Positions 1 to 10,564 are shown, numbered from the stretch's first letter. The stretch: 64,000 nucleotides of DNA from Myxococcota bacterium (GCA_965247115.1 CBDFGR010000002.1:1984001-2048000); one strand, 5' to 3'. A program made the numbers and translations. Notes: generated by a model not told the origin, from the sequence alone.

Positions 1-72
1 GCGAACGAGCTCGGCGTGGGGTCTCTCCAGGACTACTTCGCCGACGAACGCAAGCAAAAAGGAGCCGCGTAA
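1..72 (+). CDS. mauD: C-terminal fragment of MauD-like protein (runs off window start)
   Basis: Frame 1 reads ANELGVGSLQDYFADERKQKGAA*, matching the C-terminus of the MauD at 59738-60349 (AKRRGVGSLQEYL). It directly precedes mauA, as in mauBEDA. Confidence 0.75.
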   Translation, partial: ANELGVGSLQDYFADERKQKGAA

Positions 73-76
73 TCCC

Positions 77-622
77 ATGACAGCGAGACGGACATCGATC
101 GACGAGTGGATGGAGGTGCTGGCACGGTCGCTGGCGCGGGGCACGTCACGCCGCAGCTTCCTCACGCGCGGCGGGGCCTTTCTTGTCGGAGCGGCGGGTC
201 TCCCCCTCCTCCCGATCAACCGGGCATACGGCCAGGCGGCGCCCGACGAGTCGGGGCTGGAGGGAGACGCTGGCGATCCGTCGAGTTGCAATTACTGGCG
301 TCACTGCGCGATGGACGGCTTCCTGTGCTCCTGCTGTGGCGGCAGCCAGGACACCTGCTCGCCCGGGACGGAGATGTCGGCCGTTACTTGGATCGGCACC
401 TGCCACAATCCCGTCGAGGACAAGGACTACGTGATCTCCTACAACGATTGCTGCGGACACGGCCCCTGTGCGCGTTGCTCGTGCAATCGCAACGAAGGAG
501 AGAAGCCGATCTACGTGGCGCCAAAGAACAACGACATCCTGTGGTGCTTTGGCGCTCAGAGCCAGAACTACAGCTGCACCGTGGCCAGGGTGCTGGGCGT
601 AGCTGAAGAACTGAATTCGTGA
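77..622 (+). CDS. mauA: TTQ amine dehydrogenase light (beta) subunit, MauA/AauA family
   Basis: Tat motif SRRSFL; CNYWRHCAMDG, TWIGTC and DILWCF (both TTQ Trp positions); YNDCC; 14 Cys. Confidence 0.93.
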   Translation: MTARRTSIDEWMEVLARSLARGTSRRSFLTRGGAFLVGAAGLPLLPINRAYGQAAPDESGLEGDAGDPSSCNYWRHCAMDGFLCSCCGGSQDTCSPGTEMSAVTWIGTCHNPVEDKDYVISYNDCCGHGPCARCSCNRNEGEKPIYVAPKNNDILWCFGAQSQNYSCTVARVLGVAEELNS

Positions 623-1071
623 AGCGGCTGGGGTGCATCGCGCCCCTCGCCTTGACGGCGATCGCCGTCTTCACGGCTGGTGCACAGGTTTCGCTCTCGG
701 GTCCGCGGCTGCACTACGTCCTGCACTGCCAGGGTTGTCATCTGGAGGACGGCCGCGAGACGCCTGACAGCGTCCCGGGACTGGGCAGCGTGGGGCTCTT
801 TCTGCAGGTGCCCGGAGGCAGGGAGTTCCTGATTCGCGTGCCGGGCGTGGCGAACGCGCCGCTCGACGACGCCGAGGTCGCAGCCCTGCTCAACTGGATG
901 GTCGAGGCGTTTGGCGGCGAGCAGACCCCCCCGAGTTGGGTCCGCTATACGGCGAAGGAGGTGGCCAGCCAGCGACCGCTTCCGCTGATCAAAGTCGAGA
1001 AGACTCGGGCCGCGCTCCTGCGTGCGGCAGGGCTCGCGCCCGACTCCCATGCGACGGGAGTCGGTCCCTGA
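619..1071 (+). CDS. Monohaem cytochrome c associated with amine dehydrogenase
   Basis: Signal peptide and CQGCH; paralogue at 58724-59215 also follows mauA; GTGA overlap with mauA. Confidence 0.85.
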   Translation: MKRLGCIAPLALTAIAVFTAGAQVSLSGPRLHYVLHCQGCHLEDGRETPDSVPGLGSVGLFLQVPGGREFLIRVPGVANAPLDDAEVAALLNWMVEAFGGEQTPPSWVRYTAKEVASQRPLPLIKVEKTRAALLRAAGLAPDSHATGVGP

Positions 1072-1080
1072 GAAACGCAA

Positions 1081-1116
1081 TGGCCGGACGGGGCTCCGTT
1101 TCGCCCCGTCCGGCCA
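1081..1116. terminator. 14-bp perfect stem-loop between convergent genes
   Basis: TGGCCGGACGGGGC-tccgtttc-GCCCCGTCCGGCCA just after the cytochrome c stop; no clear U-tract. Confidence 0.65.
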
Positions 1117-1314
1117 CTAGCTCTCGGCCGTGTACGTCCGCTCTAGAAGGCTCGGTCTACGGGCGTGCGCCCGTCGGAGACCGCGACGACGTCGGTGCGC
1201 TCGCCACGCCAGGTGCGCGAGCTTTGATTCGCTCTTTCGTCGCGGGCGAAGGCTCCCGCGCACACGGTGCGCGGGAGCCTAGCGTCGCTTGCTATCGGGC
1301 GCGCAGGTTCGTTT

Positions 1315-2694
1315 TCAGAAGTCGTATCTTACGGTGACTCCATACATGCGTGGCCTCGAGGACCCGAGCTGATCCAGACCGAACCCGGCGATGTCGAAGA
1401 TGTTCGTGACGTAAACCTTGTCGTTCCAGTTCCTGATCCAGAGGCTGATCTCCGTTCGATCATCGGGAAGTCGATAGGAGAAGTTGCCGTTCAGGAGCCA
1501 GACCGAGCCCTGCGCGTGCCGGGCGAGGTTGTCGGCGTAGAAGTGAACCTTGTCGGAGAAGCTCGTAGAGACCTGCGCTCGCGCTACGCCGTCCCCCACA
1601 TTGATCTCGTAGGCAATGGACCCACTTCCCGAGTAGTTGGGGGCGGGAAAAGTCGCCTCCGGGTTGAAGGCGTCGGAGCAATCATTCGTTTCGGTGGGCA
1701 TGCAGAGCTTATCGGCCCTTTCCTGAGTGCCCAACGAAGCGCTGAATCCGCCACTCTTGAAGCCCCGCTTGTAGCTCGCGTACACCATGATGTCATCGGT
1801 GAGCTGGTAGTCGAGCACGGCCTTTCCGCTGATGGCCTGCCAGCTATCGCTTTCATCCCTTCCCTGTCCGCAGTTCGCCGGGTCATAGTGGATGTCTATG
1901 TTGGAGCCGCAAGGGGTTCCCTGGGCGGTACCCCCCTCTGGGTCGTCGGGGTCGTATTCCAGGAAATTAGACGCGTCTTGCCTGCTCTGCTTCCTCTCCC
2001 AGCTGTAGCGAAGCCCACCGGTGAAAGTGAGGCGCTCGGTCAGCTCGTAGCTCGCCTCGCCGAAGAATGCGTAGTTCTCTGTGAAGAACTTGTCGCCACC
2101 AATCGACTTCGTCCAAAACCCGAAGTCGCGACCGATCGTACCGTCCGGCGGGAGGTACGCGTCGGCGCGGGTTCTGATATTCGACTGGAAGTACCACGCT
2201 CCAGTCAGCCACTGCAGACGACTGTCTCCGTCCGACGCCAGGCGTAGCTCCTGGGAGAACTGGTGGCTACGGTCGTCGGCCCTGTAGTGGTAGAGCCAAA
2301 GGGGGCCGGAGTCGAGGTCCTCCCACTCGGTCGAATCGACGCGCTCGATCGCCGTGATGGAGGTCAGGGTGACGGGGCCCAGACGGGTGTCCATGTCGTA
2401 GTTGGTCGTTAGCGCGGCGCCCCAGAGGTTGATCTCTTCATCGACGGGCTCGGGCGTCGAGGCGTCGTGCAGGCGATCCTTACCGCCGTACACATGCCCG
2501 CCAAGGCTCGCACAGCCCCCGTCAGGACGGCGGTCCTGGGGTCGCGACGGGCAGTTGAACGGATCCCTGAAGTCGCCTGTGGAACGGTCGATGAAGTTGA
2601 AGCTCGGGCCATCGACATCGTCGGGATCGAAGAGCCCTCGTTGAGCATAGGTCCAAGGGCCCTTGATCCGCCCCCCATGCAGGTTGAAGTTCAT
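1315..2694 (-). pseudogene. Truncated, internally deleted copy of the adjacent TonB-dependent receptor
   Basis: High similarity to 2863-5415 (identical RPRMYGVTVRYDF end) but lacks the signal peptide, plug and about 110 aa of the barrel; frame remains open from an ATG at 2694. Confidence 0.75.
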
Positions 2695-2782
2695 ATGGGC
2701 CTCTGAGCGGCCCCCCGGTGTCGGGTCTCTCCACGATCCTCCCCGAGTCAGGAGCTCATCCAGCGTAGTGTACCGCGATTGC

Positions 2783-2819
2783 AAACGTGCCAGGCGGCCA
2801 AGGGCCGCCTGGCACGTTT
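2783..2819 (-). terminator. 17-bp perfect hairpin downstream of the TonB-dependent receptor
   Basis: AAACGTGCCAGGCGGCC-aag-GGCCGCCTGGCACGTTT. Confidence 0.75.
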
Positions 2820-2862
2820 CAGGGCGGATTGTTTGTCTCTTGCTATCGGCCGGCGCGTCCGT

Positions 2863-5415
2863 TTAGAAGTCGTACCTCACGGTGACTCCATACATGCGTG
2901 GCCTCGAGGAGCCCAGCTGATCCAGACCGAAGTCGAAGATGTCGAAGACGTTTGTGACGTAGACCTTGTCGTTCCAGTTCCTGATCCAGAGGCTGATCTC
3001 CGTTCGATCATCGGGAAGCCGATAGGAGAAGTTGCCGTTCACCAGCCAGACAGAGCCCTGCCTGGCCCGGTCGATGTTGTCGGCTTTGTAGTGGACCTCG
3101 TCGGAGTAGCTCGTAGAAACCGCCGCTCGCAGTACGCCGTCCATGAGAGGAAGCTCGTAGGCAAGTGTCGCGCTTCCCGAGTAATTGGGGGCAGCGATCA
3201 TCTCGTTGCCCGAGAAGTCCGAACCACCCTGACTGACAGCTACCGCCGTTTCGTAGTCCTTGTACTCGGTGCTCAGCCACGCTGCCGCCACCCGGAGCTC
3301 CAAACCTGGAAGGGGGCGGGCAAACATGTCGATCTCGCCGCCCCAGATCGTGGCATCCGCTGCGTTTTCCAGGATTGCCACGACCTGCCCTCCTACCGAC
3401 GTGAGCGCGAACACCTGCAGGTCATCGTAGTCGTAGAAGAAGGTGCTGAAGTTGAAGCGAAGGCGCCGGTCGAACCACATCGACTTGAAGCCCGCCTCAT
3501 AGGCTAGCAGGATCTCCTCGTCGACCGTGGTGTTCAGCACGTGGGCGCCGTGCGTTGCCGGGTCCCTTGCGAGCCTATCCCCGGTGGTCAACGAACTGCT
3601 GAATCCGCCACTCTTGAAACCCCGCTTGAAGCTCGCGTACAACATGACGTCGTCGGTGAGCTGGTAGTCGAGCACGGCCTTTCCGCTGATGGCCGCCCAG
3701 CTATCGGACTCATCCCTGCCAGATCCGCAGTTTTCGGGGAGTTGGGCTTCTGGAGAGGAGCCGCAGGGTGTCCCCTGAGGGTTAGCCACGTCTGGCGCGG
3801 GTATGTCTCCCGAAAACGCCGAGCACTTCAATGTCACGTCGATCCGGAGACCATCAGCGTCATAGGGGCCGGTGCAGGGGCCGTAGCCAAAGTATACATT
3901 TCTAGATTGCCTGCTCGTCTTCCTCTCCCAGCTGTAGCGAAGCCCACCGGTGAAGCCGAGCCGCTCTGTCAGCTCGTAACTCGCCTCTCCGAAGAAGGCG
4001 TAGTTCTCTGTGAAGAACTTGTCGCCGTTTGAGCTCTGCGTCCAAAACCCGAAGTCGCCCCCGATAGAACCGTCCGGGGGCAAGTACGCGTCGTTCCGGC
4101 TTTGTATGCTCGACTGGAAGTACCACGCCCCAGCGAGCCACTGCAGCGGACCGTCTCCGGCCGACGTCGCGCGTAGCTCCTGTGTGAACTGGTGACTACG
4201 GTCGTCATCTCTGTAGTGGTAGAGCCAAGGGGTTGCGGCGTCGAGGTCCTCCCACTCGGTCGTATCGACGCGCTCGATCCCCGTGATCGAGGTCAGGGTA
4301 ACGGGGCCAAAGCGCGTGTCCATGTCGTAGTTGGCCGTCACCGAGGCGCCCCATAGATTGATCTCTTCATCGACGGGCTCGGGCGTCGTGGCGTCGTAGA
4401 GGCGATCGTCACCGCCGAACACAGCCCCTTCAAGGCTCGCACATTGGTTGTCAAAGATGTCCGTCGGGCAGGCAAAATTGCCCTCATCCTTGAACTCCCC
4501 GCCGGGGTTTGCCGGGGTCCGCGTGGCAGGGTCGATGAAGTTGAAACTCCTGCCATCGATAGTGTCGGGATCGAAGAGCCCTCTTTGCGCATAGACCCAA
4601 GGGCCCTTAATCCGGCCCGCGTGGAAGTTGAACAGCAGATCAAGATCCTCGGTTGCCTGGTAGCTGAGAAGGGAACGAAACCCCCAGTTGTCTTCTACAA
4701 AGAACTTATCGTGGCCTGGTCCATGGTTATCCATCCAGCCGTCCGTGTCCCTCCGCGCACCGGACAGGCGTAAAGCCATTCTCTCGTTGATCGGGATGTT
4801 GACGGCGCCCTCGAAGTTGAAGGTCTTATAGTTCCCGTAAGTGACCTGGCCGTACGCTTCGAACTCGTCGGTAGGCAGGTTCGAGTGCAAGTTCACCGCA
4901 CCGCCCGTCGTATTCTTGCCGTACAGCGTCCCCTGCGGTCCGCGAAGGACTTCCGTCCGGTCCATATCGAACGTCTGGAACATCATGCCCGGCTGCAACG
5001 CCATGTATATGCCGTCTTTGTAGACGCCCACGGAGCTCGCGACTTCCGCGCCGAAGTCACTGGTGCCGACACCACGGATGTAGATGGCCGGTCTCGCTTG
5101 GACGTAGACCTTGCGGATCTCAAGGTTCGGCGTCAGCTCCGCTACGGTGTACAGGTTGCGCATCTGGGCTGCATCGAGCTCGGCGCCCGTGAACGCGCTG
5201 ATCGAGATGGGGACGCTCTGACCGCCCTCCTCCCGCTTCCGCGCGGTGATCATGATCTCTTCGATCGCCCCTGGCGCGCTCCGCGCCTCCGCCTCCTGCT
5301 CCGTGCTCAGCTTCGCCCCTGGGCCCCCGGCTCCCATTTCGCCCGGCTCGTCCGCCAGGGCGCCTCCCGTGAAGAGGAGCACGAACGCTACGCTTAGTGC
5401 GGTGATAGTACGCAT
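2863..5415 (-). CDS. TonB-dependent outer-membrane receptor
   Basis: Signal peptide, TonB-box-like IEEIMITARKRE, plug motif EVLRGPQGTLYGKNTTGGAVN, C-terminal YDF. Confidence 0.95.
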   Translation of the reverse strand: MRTITALSVAFVLLFTGGALADEPGEMGAGGPGAKLSTEQEAEARSAPGAIEEIMITARKREEGGQSVPISISAFTGAELDAAQMRNLYTVAELTPNLEIRKVYVQARPAIYIRGVGTSDFGAEVASSVGVYKDGIYMALQPGMMFQTFDMDRTEVLRGPQGTLYGKNTTGGAVNLHSNLPTDEFEAYGQVTYGNYKTFNFEGAVNIPINERMALRLSGARRDTDGWMDNHGPGHDKFFVEDNWGFRSLLSYQATEDLDLLFNFHAGRIKGPWVYAQRGLFDPDTIDGRSFNFIDPATRTPANPGGEFKDEGNFACPTDIFDNQCASLEGAVFGGDDRLYDATTPEPVDEEINLWGASVTANYDMDTRFGPVTLTSITGIERVDTTEWEDLDAATPWLYHYRDDDRSHQFTQELRATSAGDGPLQWLAGAWYFQSSIQSRNDAYLPPDGSIGGDFGFWTQSSNGDKFFTENYAFFGEASYELTERLGFTGGLRYSWERKTSRQSRNVYFGYGPCTGPYDADGLRIDVTLKCSAFSGDIPAPDVANPQGTPCGSSPEAQLPENCGSGRDESDSWAAISGKAVLDYQLTDDVMLYASFKRGFKSGGFSSSLTTGDRLARDPATHGAHVLNTTVDEEILLAYEAGFKSMWFDRRLRFNFSTFFYDYDDLQVFALTSVGGQVVAILENAADATIWGGEIDMFARPLPGLELRVAAAWLSTEYKDYETAVAVSQGGSDFSGNEMIAAPNYSGSATLAYELPLMDGVLRAAVSTSYSDEVHYKADNIDRARQGSVWLVNGNFSYRLPDDRTEISLWIRNWNDKVYVTNVFDIFDFGLDQLGSSRPRMYGVTVRYDF

Positions 5416-5422
5416 CCCGAAT

Positions 5423-5466
5423 CCCTCCTCGGATCGTCCGATTTCCCTCCTCGGATCGTCCGATTT
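5423..5466. repeat. 22-bp direct tandem duplication containing the receptor's RBS
   Basis: CCCTCCTCGGATCGTCCGATTT x2; reads GAGGAGGG on the minus strand; internal TCGGA/TCCGA inverted repeat. Confidence 0.85.
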
Positions 5467-5615
5467 TTAGCGATTTGCTCGACGATTGGGCCATGGTAGA
5501 ACCTGCATGTCAAGCACGAATCCGGCTCGCCTGCGGCTCCGGTGCAGCTGGGGATGCAAGAGCTGGCCGAGAGATCGGGTAGGCGCATGCGAACTACCGA
5601 GAAGGAGAGAGCTCG

Positions 5616-6982
5616 ATGACGGGTACCCGCGCGGACGTGTCCGGACCGATGAAGGCGATTCTGGAGGAGCTCCAAGCTCTGATGCCCGGATCCCAAAAGC
5701 TCGCGGAGAAGCATGGCCGCGTCCTGGCCCAGGAGGTCGTGGGCACGGTGAACATCCCGTATGCGTTCTACGTGCAGAGCGCCAAGGGGTCGCACGTGAC
5801 CGACGTGGACGGGCGGGAGTACATCGACCTCACCATGGGCTTCGGTCCGCTGTTGCTGGGCCACAACCCGGACGTGGCCGTCGCGGCCGCACGGGAGACG
5901 GCGGAGGACGTGGCACTTCACCTGGGCCTACCGAACCCCTACCAGGGGGAGCTCGGGGAGCTGGTCGTCGAGGCGTCTCCGTGCGCAGACAAGGTCGCGT
6001 TCTACAACTCCGGGACCGAGGCGACGATGTACGCGATTCGCGCCGCCAGGGCTTACTCGGGGAAGACGAAGGTAGCGGTCTTCGTGGGCTCGTATCACGG
6101 GGCGCACGACTACGTGCTCGCGAGAGCCGAGCCGAGCGAGAGTCCCGACGGACTGGAGACCCTGCCGCTGGGACACGGGATTCCGCGCGAGACGCTGGAT
6201 CAGCTGCTCGTACTCCCGTACCGGAACTCCTTCGCGTTCGACCTGATCCGCAAGCACAAGGACGAGCTGGCCCTCGTGATGATCGAGCCGGTCCAGAGCT
6301 CGAATCCTCGCGTAGACGTGGGGCCGTTCCTGCAGGAGCTGCGCTCGGTCTGCAGCGAGTCGGGCGTGATGCTGCTCTTGGATGAGGTGATCACCGGCTT
6401 CCGCCTCGGCTACCGAGGGGCGCAGGACTTCTTCGGCGTGAAGGCGGATCTGGCGAGCTTTGGCAAGGTGCTGGGCGGCGGCATGCCGATCGGCGCGGTT
6501 GCAGGTCGGACGACGTGATGGGCTGCTTCAGTCAAACCCGCAAGGGGAGCGAGATCTTCAGCGGGGGGACCTTCTGCGGCAACCCGATGTCGATGCGCGT
6601 GGGCAGCGCGGTGCTGAGGACCCTGCGAGCGAAGCCCGAGATCTACTCGCGTCTCGCCAGCGAGTCCGAGCGCCTCGCAAGCGCGATCAACGGCTTCTGC
6701 GAGGCGGAAGGCATGCCCGCGCGGCTGATGAACGCACAGTCGCAGTTCAAGCTCGTGTTCACCGACCAGCCGGTCGGCAGCGCTTGGGACCTGCCCTCAC
6801 CCCAGAGTACCGAGGCGGAGCTCGAGAAGCTCTTCTACGCCCACCTGCACAGGAACGGCGTCGTCGTGCCCGGCGTCCACATCTTCTTCCTGTCCGCGGC
6901 GCATACGCCCGACGATGTCGACGCTGTGAGCGACGCGTTCCAGAAGTCGTTCCTCGAGCTGCGGGAGGCTGGAGTCCTCTAG
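5616..6982 (+). pseudogene. Class III PLP aminotransferase (glutamate-1-semialdehyde aminomutase-like), split by a 1-nt frameshift near 6510
   Basis: DVDGREYID, NSGTEA, DEVITGFR, FGKVLGGGMP in ORF 5616-6518; SGGTFCGNP continues in ORF 6515-6982. One extra base in GGTCGGACGACGTG restores a continuous frame (e.g. GRDDVM). Confidence 0.8.
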
Positions 6983-7008
6983 CTACATATCCCAGCGCTG
7001 CTAGTACT

Positions 7009-8010
7009 ATGCGGAGGGTGAGGTATCTGTGTGCGTTGCTGCTGGTTCCCTGGGCCTGGCTCGGGGGCTCGACCGCGGCCGCGGACGGTGCGGCGGCCCA
7101 GCTCACCGAGTGGCTCGTGCCCTGGGAGAAGACGCGGCCCAGGGACCCGTACGTGGAGAACGCCGAGCGCACCTGGTTCGTGGGCCAGCAGGGCGACTAC
7201 GTTGCGTACCTGATCCCCGCGTCTGGTGAGTTCCGGCGCTACGAGCTGGAACGGGGCGCAGGACCGCACAACCTGATCGTCGACGCGAACGGTCGCGTCT
7301 GGTACGCGGGCAACCGGGCCGCGCACATCGGCAAGCTCGATCCCGAGAGCGGCGAGATCACGAAGTACCCCATGCCGGAGCCCGAAGCCGGTGACCCCCA
7401 CACGCTCGTCTTCGACGGGGAGTTCGACATCTAGTTCAGCGTCCAGCGGGGAAACTTCGTCGGCAAGTTGACGGTCGCCACGGGCGAGGTGCAGCTCGTC
7501 CCTGTCCCAACGCCGCGCTCCCTGCCCTACGGCATCGTCGTCGACTCGCGGAACCGGCCCTGGTTCACGGAGTTCGGCACGAACAAGCTCGCGACCGTGG
7601 ATCCCGAGACCTTCGAGCTCCGCGAGATCACGCTGCCACGAAAGGGGGCCCGGCCGCGGCGACTCGTCGCGACCTCCGATGGCGGAATCTGGTATGTGGA
7701 CTACGCCGAAGGGTACCTCGGACGCTACGACCCCGAGCGCAGCGAGTTCCAGGAGTGGCCAGCCCCCGGAGGGAAGGACTCGCGCCCTTATGGAATGGCG
7801 GTCGACGACCAGGACCGCATCTGGTTCGCCGAGACCGGGGTCTACCCGAATCGCTTCGTTGGCTTCGACACGGAGAGCTCGAGGTTTCTCGGCATGAGCG
7901 AGATCGAGAGCGGAGGAGGCAGCGTCCGCCACATGGTCTTCCACGCGCCCAGCGGCGCCGTCTGGTTCGGAACGGACGCCAACACGATCGGCCGGGCGCT
8001 TCTGCCATAG
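7009..8010 (+). pseudogene. Secreted Vgb (virginiamycin B lyase)-like beta-propeller with in-frame TAG at 7432-7434
   Basis: Signal peptide, RPRDP, PHNL, PYGI/PYGM repeats. Both ORF halves are in one frame, and D-I-*-F-S-V sits where the other blades have xWF/xWY. Confidence 0.8.
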
Positions 8011-8043
8011 ACCCTTGTCGGTCGATCTAGATGATGAGGGGGG

Positions 8044-8814
8044 TCAGTCCGTGAGCTCGAACGAGACGGCCCCCACGCCGGCGATCTGCGCGGCGTACAC
8101 GCCCGTCCTCTCCGGGACGTGAGCGATCTGGGCGCCTGTGATCACGCCTTGACCCGCCTCGAGCCGCCGGCCGTGCCGCGCCAGATGGTTGGCGAGCCCG
8201 GCGACCACCTCGAAGTGAGAGCCCGCCTTGTGCGACCGCTCCATGATGCGCACGCCGTCGAGAGAGAGCTCCACGTCTAGCTCGCGGTCCGAGAAGTCCG
8301 GTGGAACCCCGAGCTCGGAACCGCTCACGACCGCGTAGTGCCCCATGCCGCTGGCGAGGAAGCCGCGGAATTTTTCGGGTTCGTTGGGGAGCGGTATCGC
8401 GCCCCCGACGATCTCGAAGCTCGGCCGCAGGCGCCCAACGGCCGCTCGCGCGTCGTCGGGGGTCGCGTCGGGCCCTTCGAGATCACGACCCATCACGACG
8501 CCGAGCTCCACCTCGAGCAGCAGATTCGGAATCCCCCGCGACAGCGCGCATCCCGACTCGAGGAACGCGTCGGCGAAGAGCGGAGCGGCGGGATTCCCTC
8601 CCAGCGACTCTCGGAGCGACGGCGGGGGGTTCCCCGACTTCCAGCCGCCGACTTCTCTTCCCGCGGCGAGGTGTCGCTGGAGCATGTCGAGCTGAAGGCG
8701 ATAGGCCGTCTCCACGCTGATTCCCATGAGCTCCTGCGGGAGGTCGCCCGTCTGAAGTCCTTTCCACAGGCCCTCGGCGAGGCTCTCTTCGGCGGCGTTA
8801 AGCTCGACCTCCAT
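8044..8814 (-). CDS. 2-keto-4-pentenoate hydratase-like (FAH superfamily) protein
   Basis: AYRLQ, GWKSG, LEVELG, FEIV, LEAGQGVITG motifs. Confidence 0.8.
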   Translation of the reverse strand: MEVELNAAEESLAEGLWKGLQTGDLPQELMGISVETAYRLQLDMLQRHLAAGREVGGWKSGNPPPSLRESLGGNPAAPLFADAFLESGCALSRGIPNLLLEVELGVVMGRDLEGPDATPDDARAAVGRLRPSFEIVGGAIPLPNEPEKFRGFLASGMGHYAVVSGSELGVPPDFSDRELDVELSLDGVRIMERSHKAGSHFEVVAGLANHLARHGRRLEAGQGVITGAQIAHVPERTGVYAAQIAGVGAVSFELTD

Positions 8815-8906
8815 CGTCCACTCCCTTTTCGCTACACCCTCGTCCTCTAGGAATCGTGCACGTCAGCCGTCAGTGTACCTCCGGCTGTTGTCGCTTCGTC
8901 CGGTCG

Positions 8907-9719
8907 CTATCCCATGGCGCCGCGGACCGTCTCGCCGCCGTCGACCACATAGGTCGTGGCGTTGCAGAAGCGCCCCGCGTCGCTCACGAGCAGAAGAGCG
9001 AGACCGGCGATGTCCTGGGGCTCGCCGACGATCCCGCCCAGTCCGGCCTGGATCTCGCCCTTCTCCACCATATCGACAAGCCCAGCGGCGAGATCCGTAC
9101 GGACGATGCCGGGAGCGATGCAGACGACCCGGATCTTATCCGGCGCCCACTCCTTCCCCAGCTGCTGGGTGAGATTGATGAGAGCTGCTTTCGACGACGG
9201 GTAGGCACCGAGACCCGGATCGCCGATGAGCCCCGAGTTAGACGAGATGTTGAGAACCACGCCGCCACCGCGCTTCGACATGGACGGGTGACAGAGCTGG
9301 GCCAGGTGAAGCGGAGCCCACACGTTTCCGCGCATCGTCTTCTCGAACGTGTCCTCGGAGATCGTCGTTGCCGCACGGAGCCCACCTTCCCCCCCGGAAT
9401 AGAGGGCGTTGTTGACGACAATGTCGACCTCTCCGAGCTGCGCGACCGTCTCTTGATGCAGGCGAACGAGATCAGCGGTGTTCAGCACGTCGATCTGGAC
9501 GGACAGCGCACGTCCACCGCTCTGTTCGATCTCCTTCGCCGTCTTCTCGAGGGCCTCCTTGCCGCGTGCTGCGATCGCGACCCTGGCGCCGTTCTCGGCC
9601 AGATTGAGAGCGATGGAACGACCGATTCCTTTGGAGCCGCCGGTTACGATGGCGACCTTTCCTTCGAGCGAGATGCCTGGCATCGACACGCTGTCTCCTC
9701 CTACCGCGACGTGGGACAA
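8907..9719 (-). CDS. Short-chain dehydrogenase/reductase
   Basis: TGGSKGIG, VNNA, YPSSK catalytic motif, VDGG; start may be about 9683. Confidence 0.92.
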   Translation of the reverse strand: MSHVAVGGDSVSMPGISLEGKVAIVTGGSKGIGRSIALNLAENGARVAIAARGKEALEKTAKEIEQSGGRALSVQIDVLNTADLVRLHQETVAQLGEVDIVVNNALYSGGEGGLRAATTISEDTFEKTMRGNVWAPLHLAQLCHPSMSKRGGGVVLNISSNSGLIGDPGLGAYPSSKAALINLTQQLGKEWAPDKIRVVCIAPGIVRTDLAAGLVDMVEKGEIQAGLGGIVGEPQDIAGLALLLVSDAGRFCNATTYVVDGGETVRGAMG

Positions 9720-9832
9720 CCAGGAGTGGCGTCGCAGGCCCGCGATCTCTTGCAGTGGCGGCTACCTGAACAGGATTCCGGCTGATCGTCAAGGGGAACG
9801 CAGGCCTGCGAGTCGTGCAGCTGGGCCGGCGC

Positions 9833-10282
9833 TCAGTCCCGTCGCGACAGGCGGTAGATCAGCTCGAAGTCCTTGACGGTGGGGGGTCGTCCGAAGATCG
9901 AACGGAGCTCTTCGCCGTACTTCGCATCGTAGGCCGCGACCACTCGTTCGCTCTCCGCCACGTCGGCCACCCGTTCGGCGCGCAGCGGGTAGGCGCGGTC
10001 GCCGATACGCACGCGTACGTCCGGGCGCTCCGCGACACGCTTCGCCCAGCCCGACGCGGGATCGCCCCATACATAGAGGGTGTCGCCTGAACCGACGCCC
10101 CAGAGGTTCACGACGCGTGGCAGAATCGCGCCCCGGGCCTCGAGCTGGATCACCTGGTGGTCCTCCAGGACCTCGAAGCTGGTTGGAACCTGCGCCTCGG
10201 TGCCGCCAAGCCTGAGGCCGGAATAGTCCCCCATCGGCCCACAGCCGAGGAGGACCGTGCAAAGAAGTGCCGCCAGTCGCAT
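9833..10282 (-). CDS. Putative lipoprotein with split-barrel (DUF2255/nitroreductase-like) domain
   Basis: MRLAALLCTVLLGC lipobox-like start; W..G..LYV and RV.....AYDAKY patterns. Confidence 0.55.
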   Translation of the reverse strand: MRLAALLCTVLLGCGPMGDYSGLRLGGTEAQVPTSFEVLEDHQVIQLEARGAILPRVVNLWGVGSGDTLYVWGDPASGWAKRVAERPDVRVRIGDRAYPLRAERVADVAESERVVAAYDAKYGEELRSIFGRPPTVKDFELIYRLSRRD

Positions 10283-10564
10283 GGACGCCGGGGCCGGCTG
10301 CAGTTCAAGTGTCATTACAGATCCCTCTACTTTAGGGCGGCAACCATGCCCACGCCCCGTAGAAAGATCAAGAGAGTGGAACGGAGCCAAATCGTCAGGA
10401 GCTCGTGGATGCGATGATCGACGCTGTACTGGAGGAGCACGACCGACGTCAAACAATCCCGGAATGGCATCGACTGCGCGCGACTTGTAGTATTCGCCTC
10501 CTAGACAGGGCTCCGGCCGGCCGTCGTGATGAACGTAGCCCTGCGAAACTGAGGGCAGAGCGAG

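Noticed and set aside
1315..5415. Diversity-generating retroelement template/variable repeat pair
   Set aside because: Differences include indels and all base types rather than adenine-specific changes; no reverse transcriptase is in the window.
7432..7434. Pyrrolysine or stop-codon reassignment
   Set aside because: A single instance at a Trp position (TGG to TAG); TAG terminates many other genes here; no pyl genes seen.
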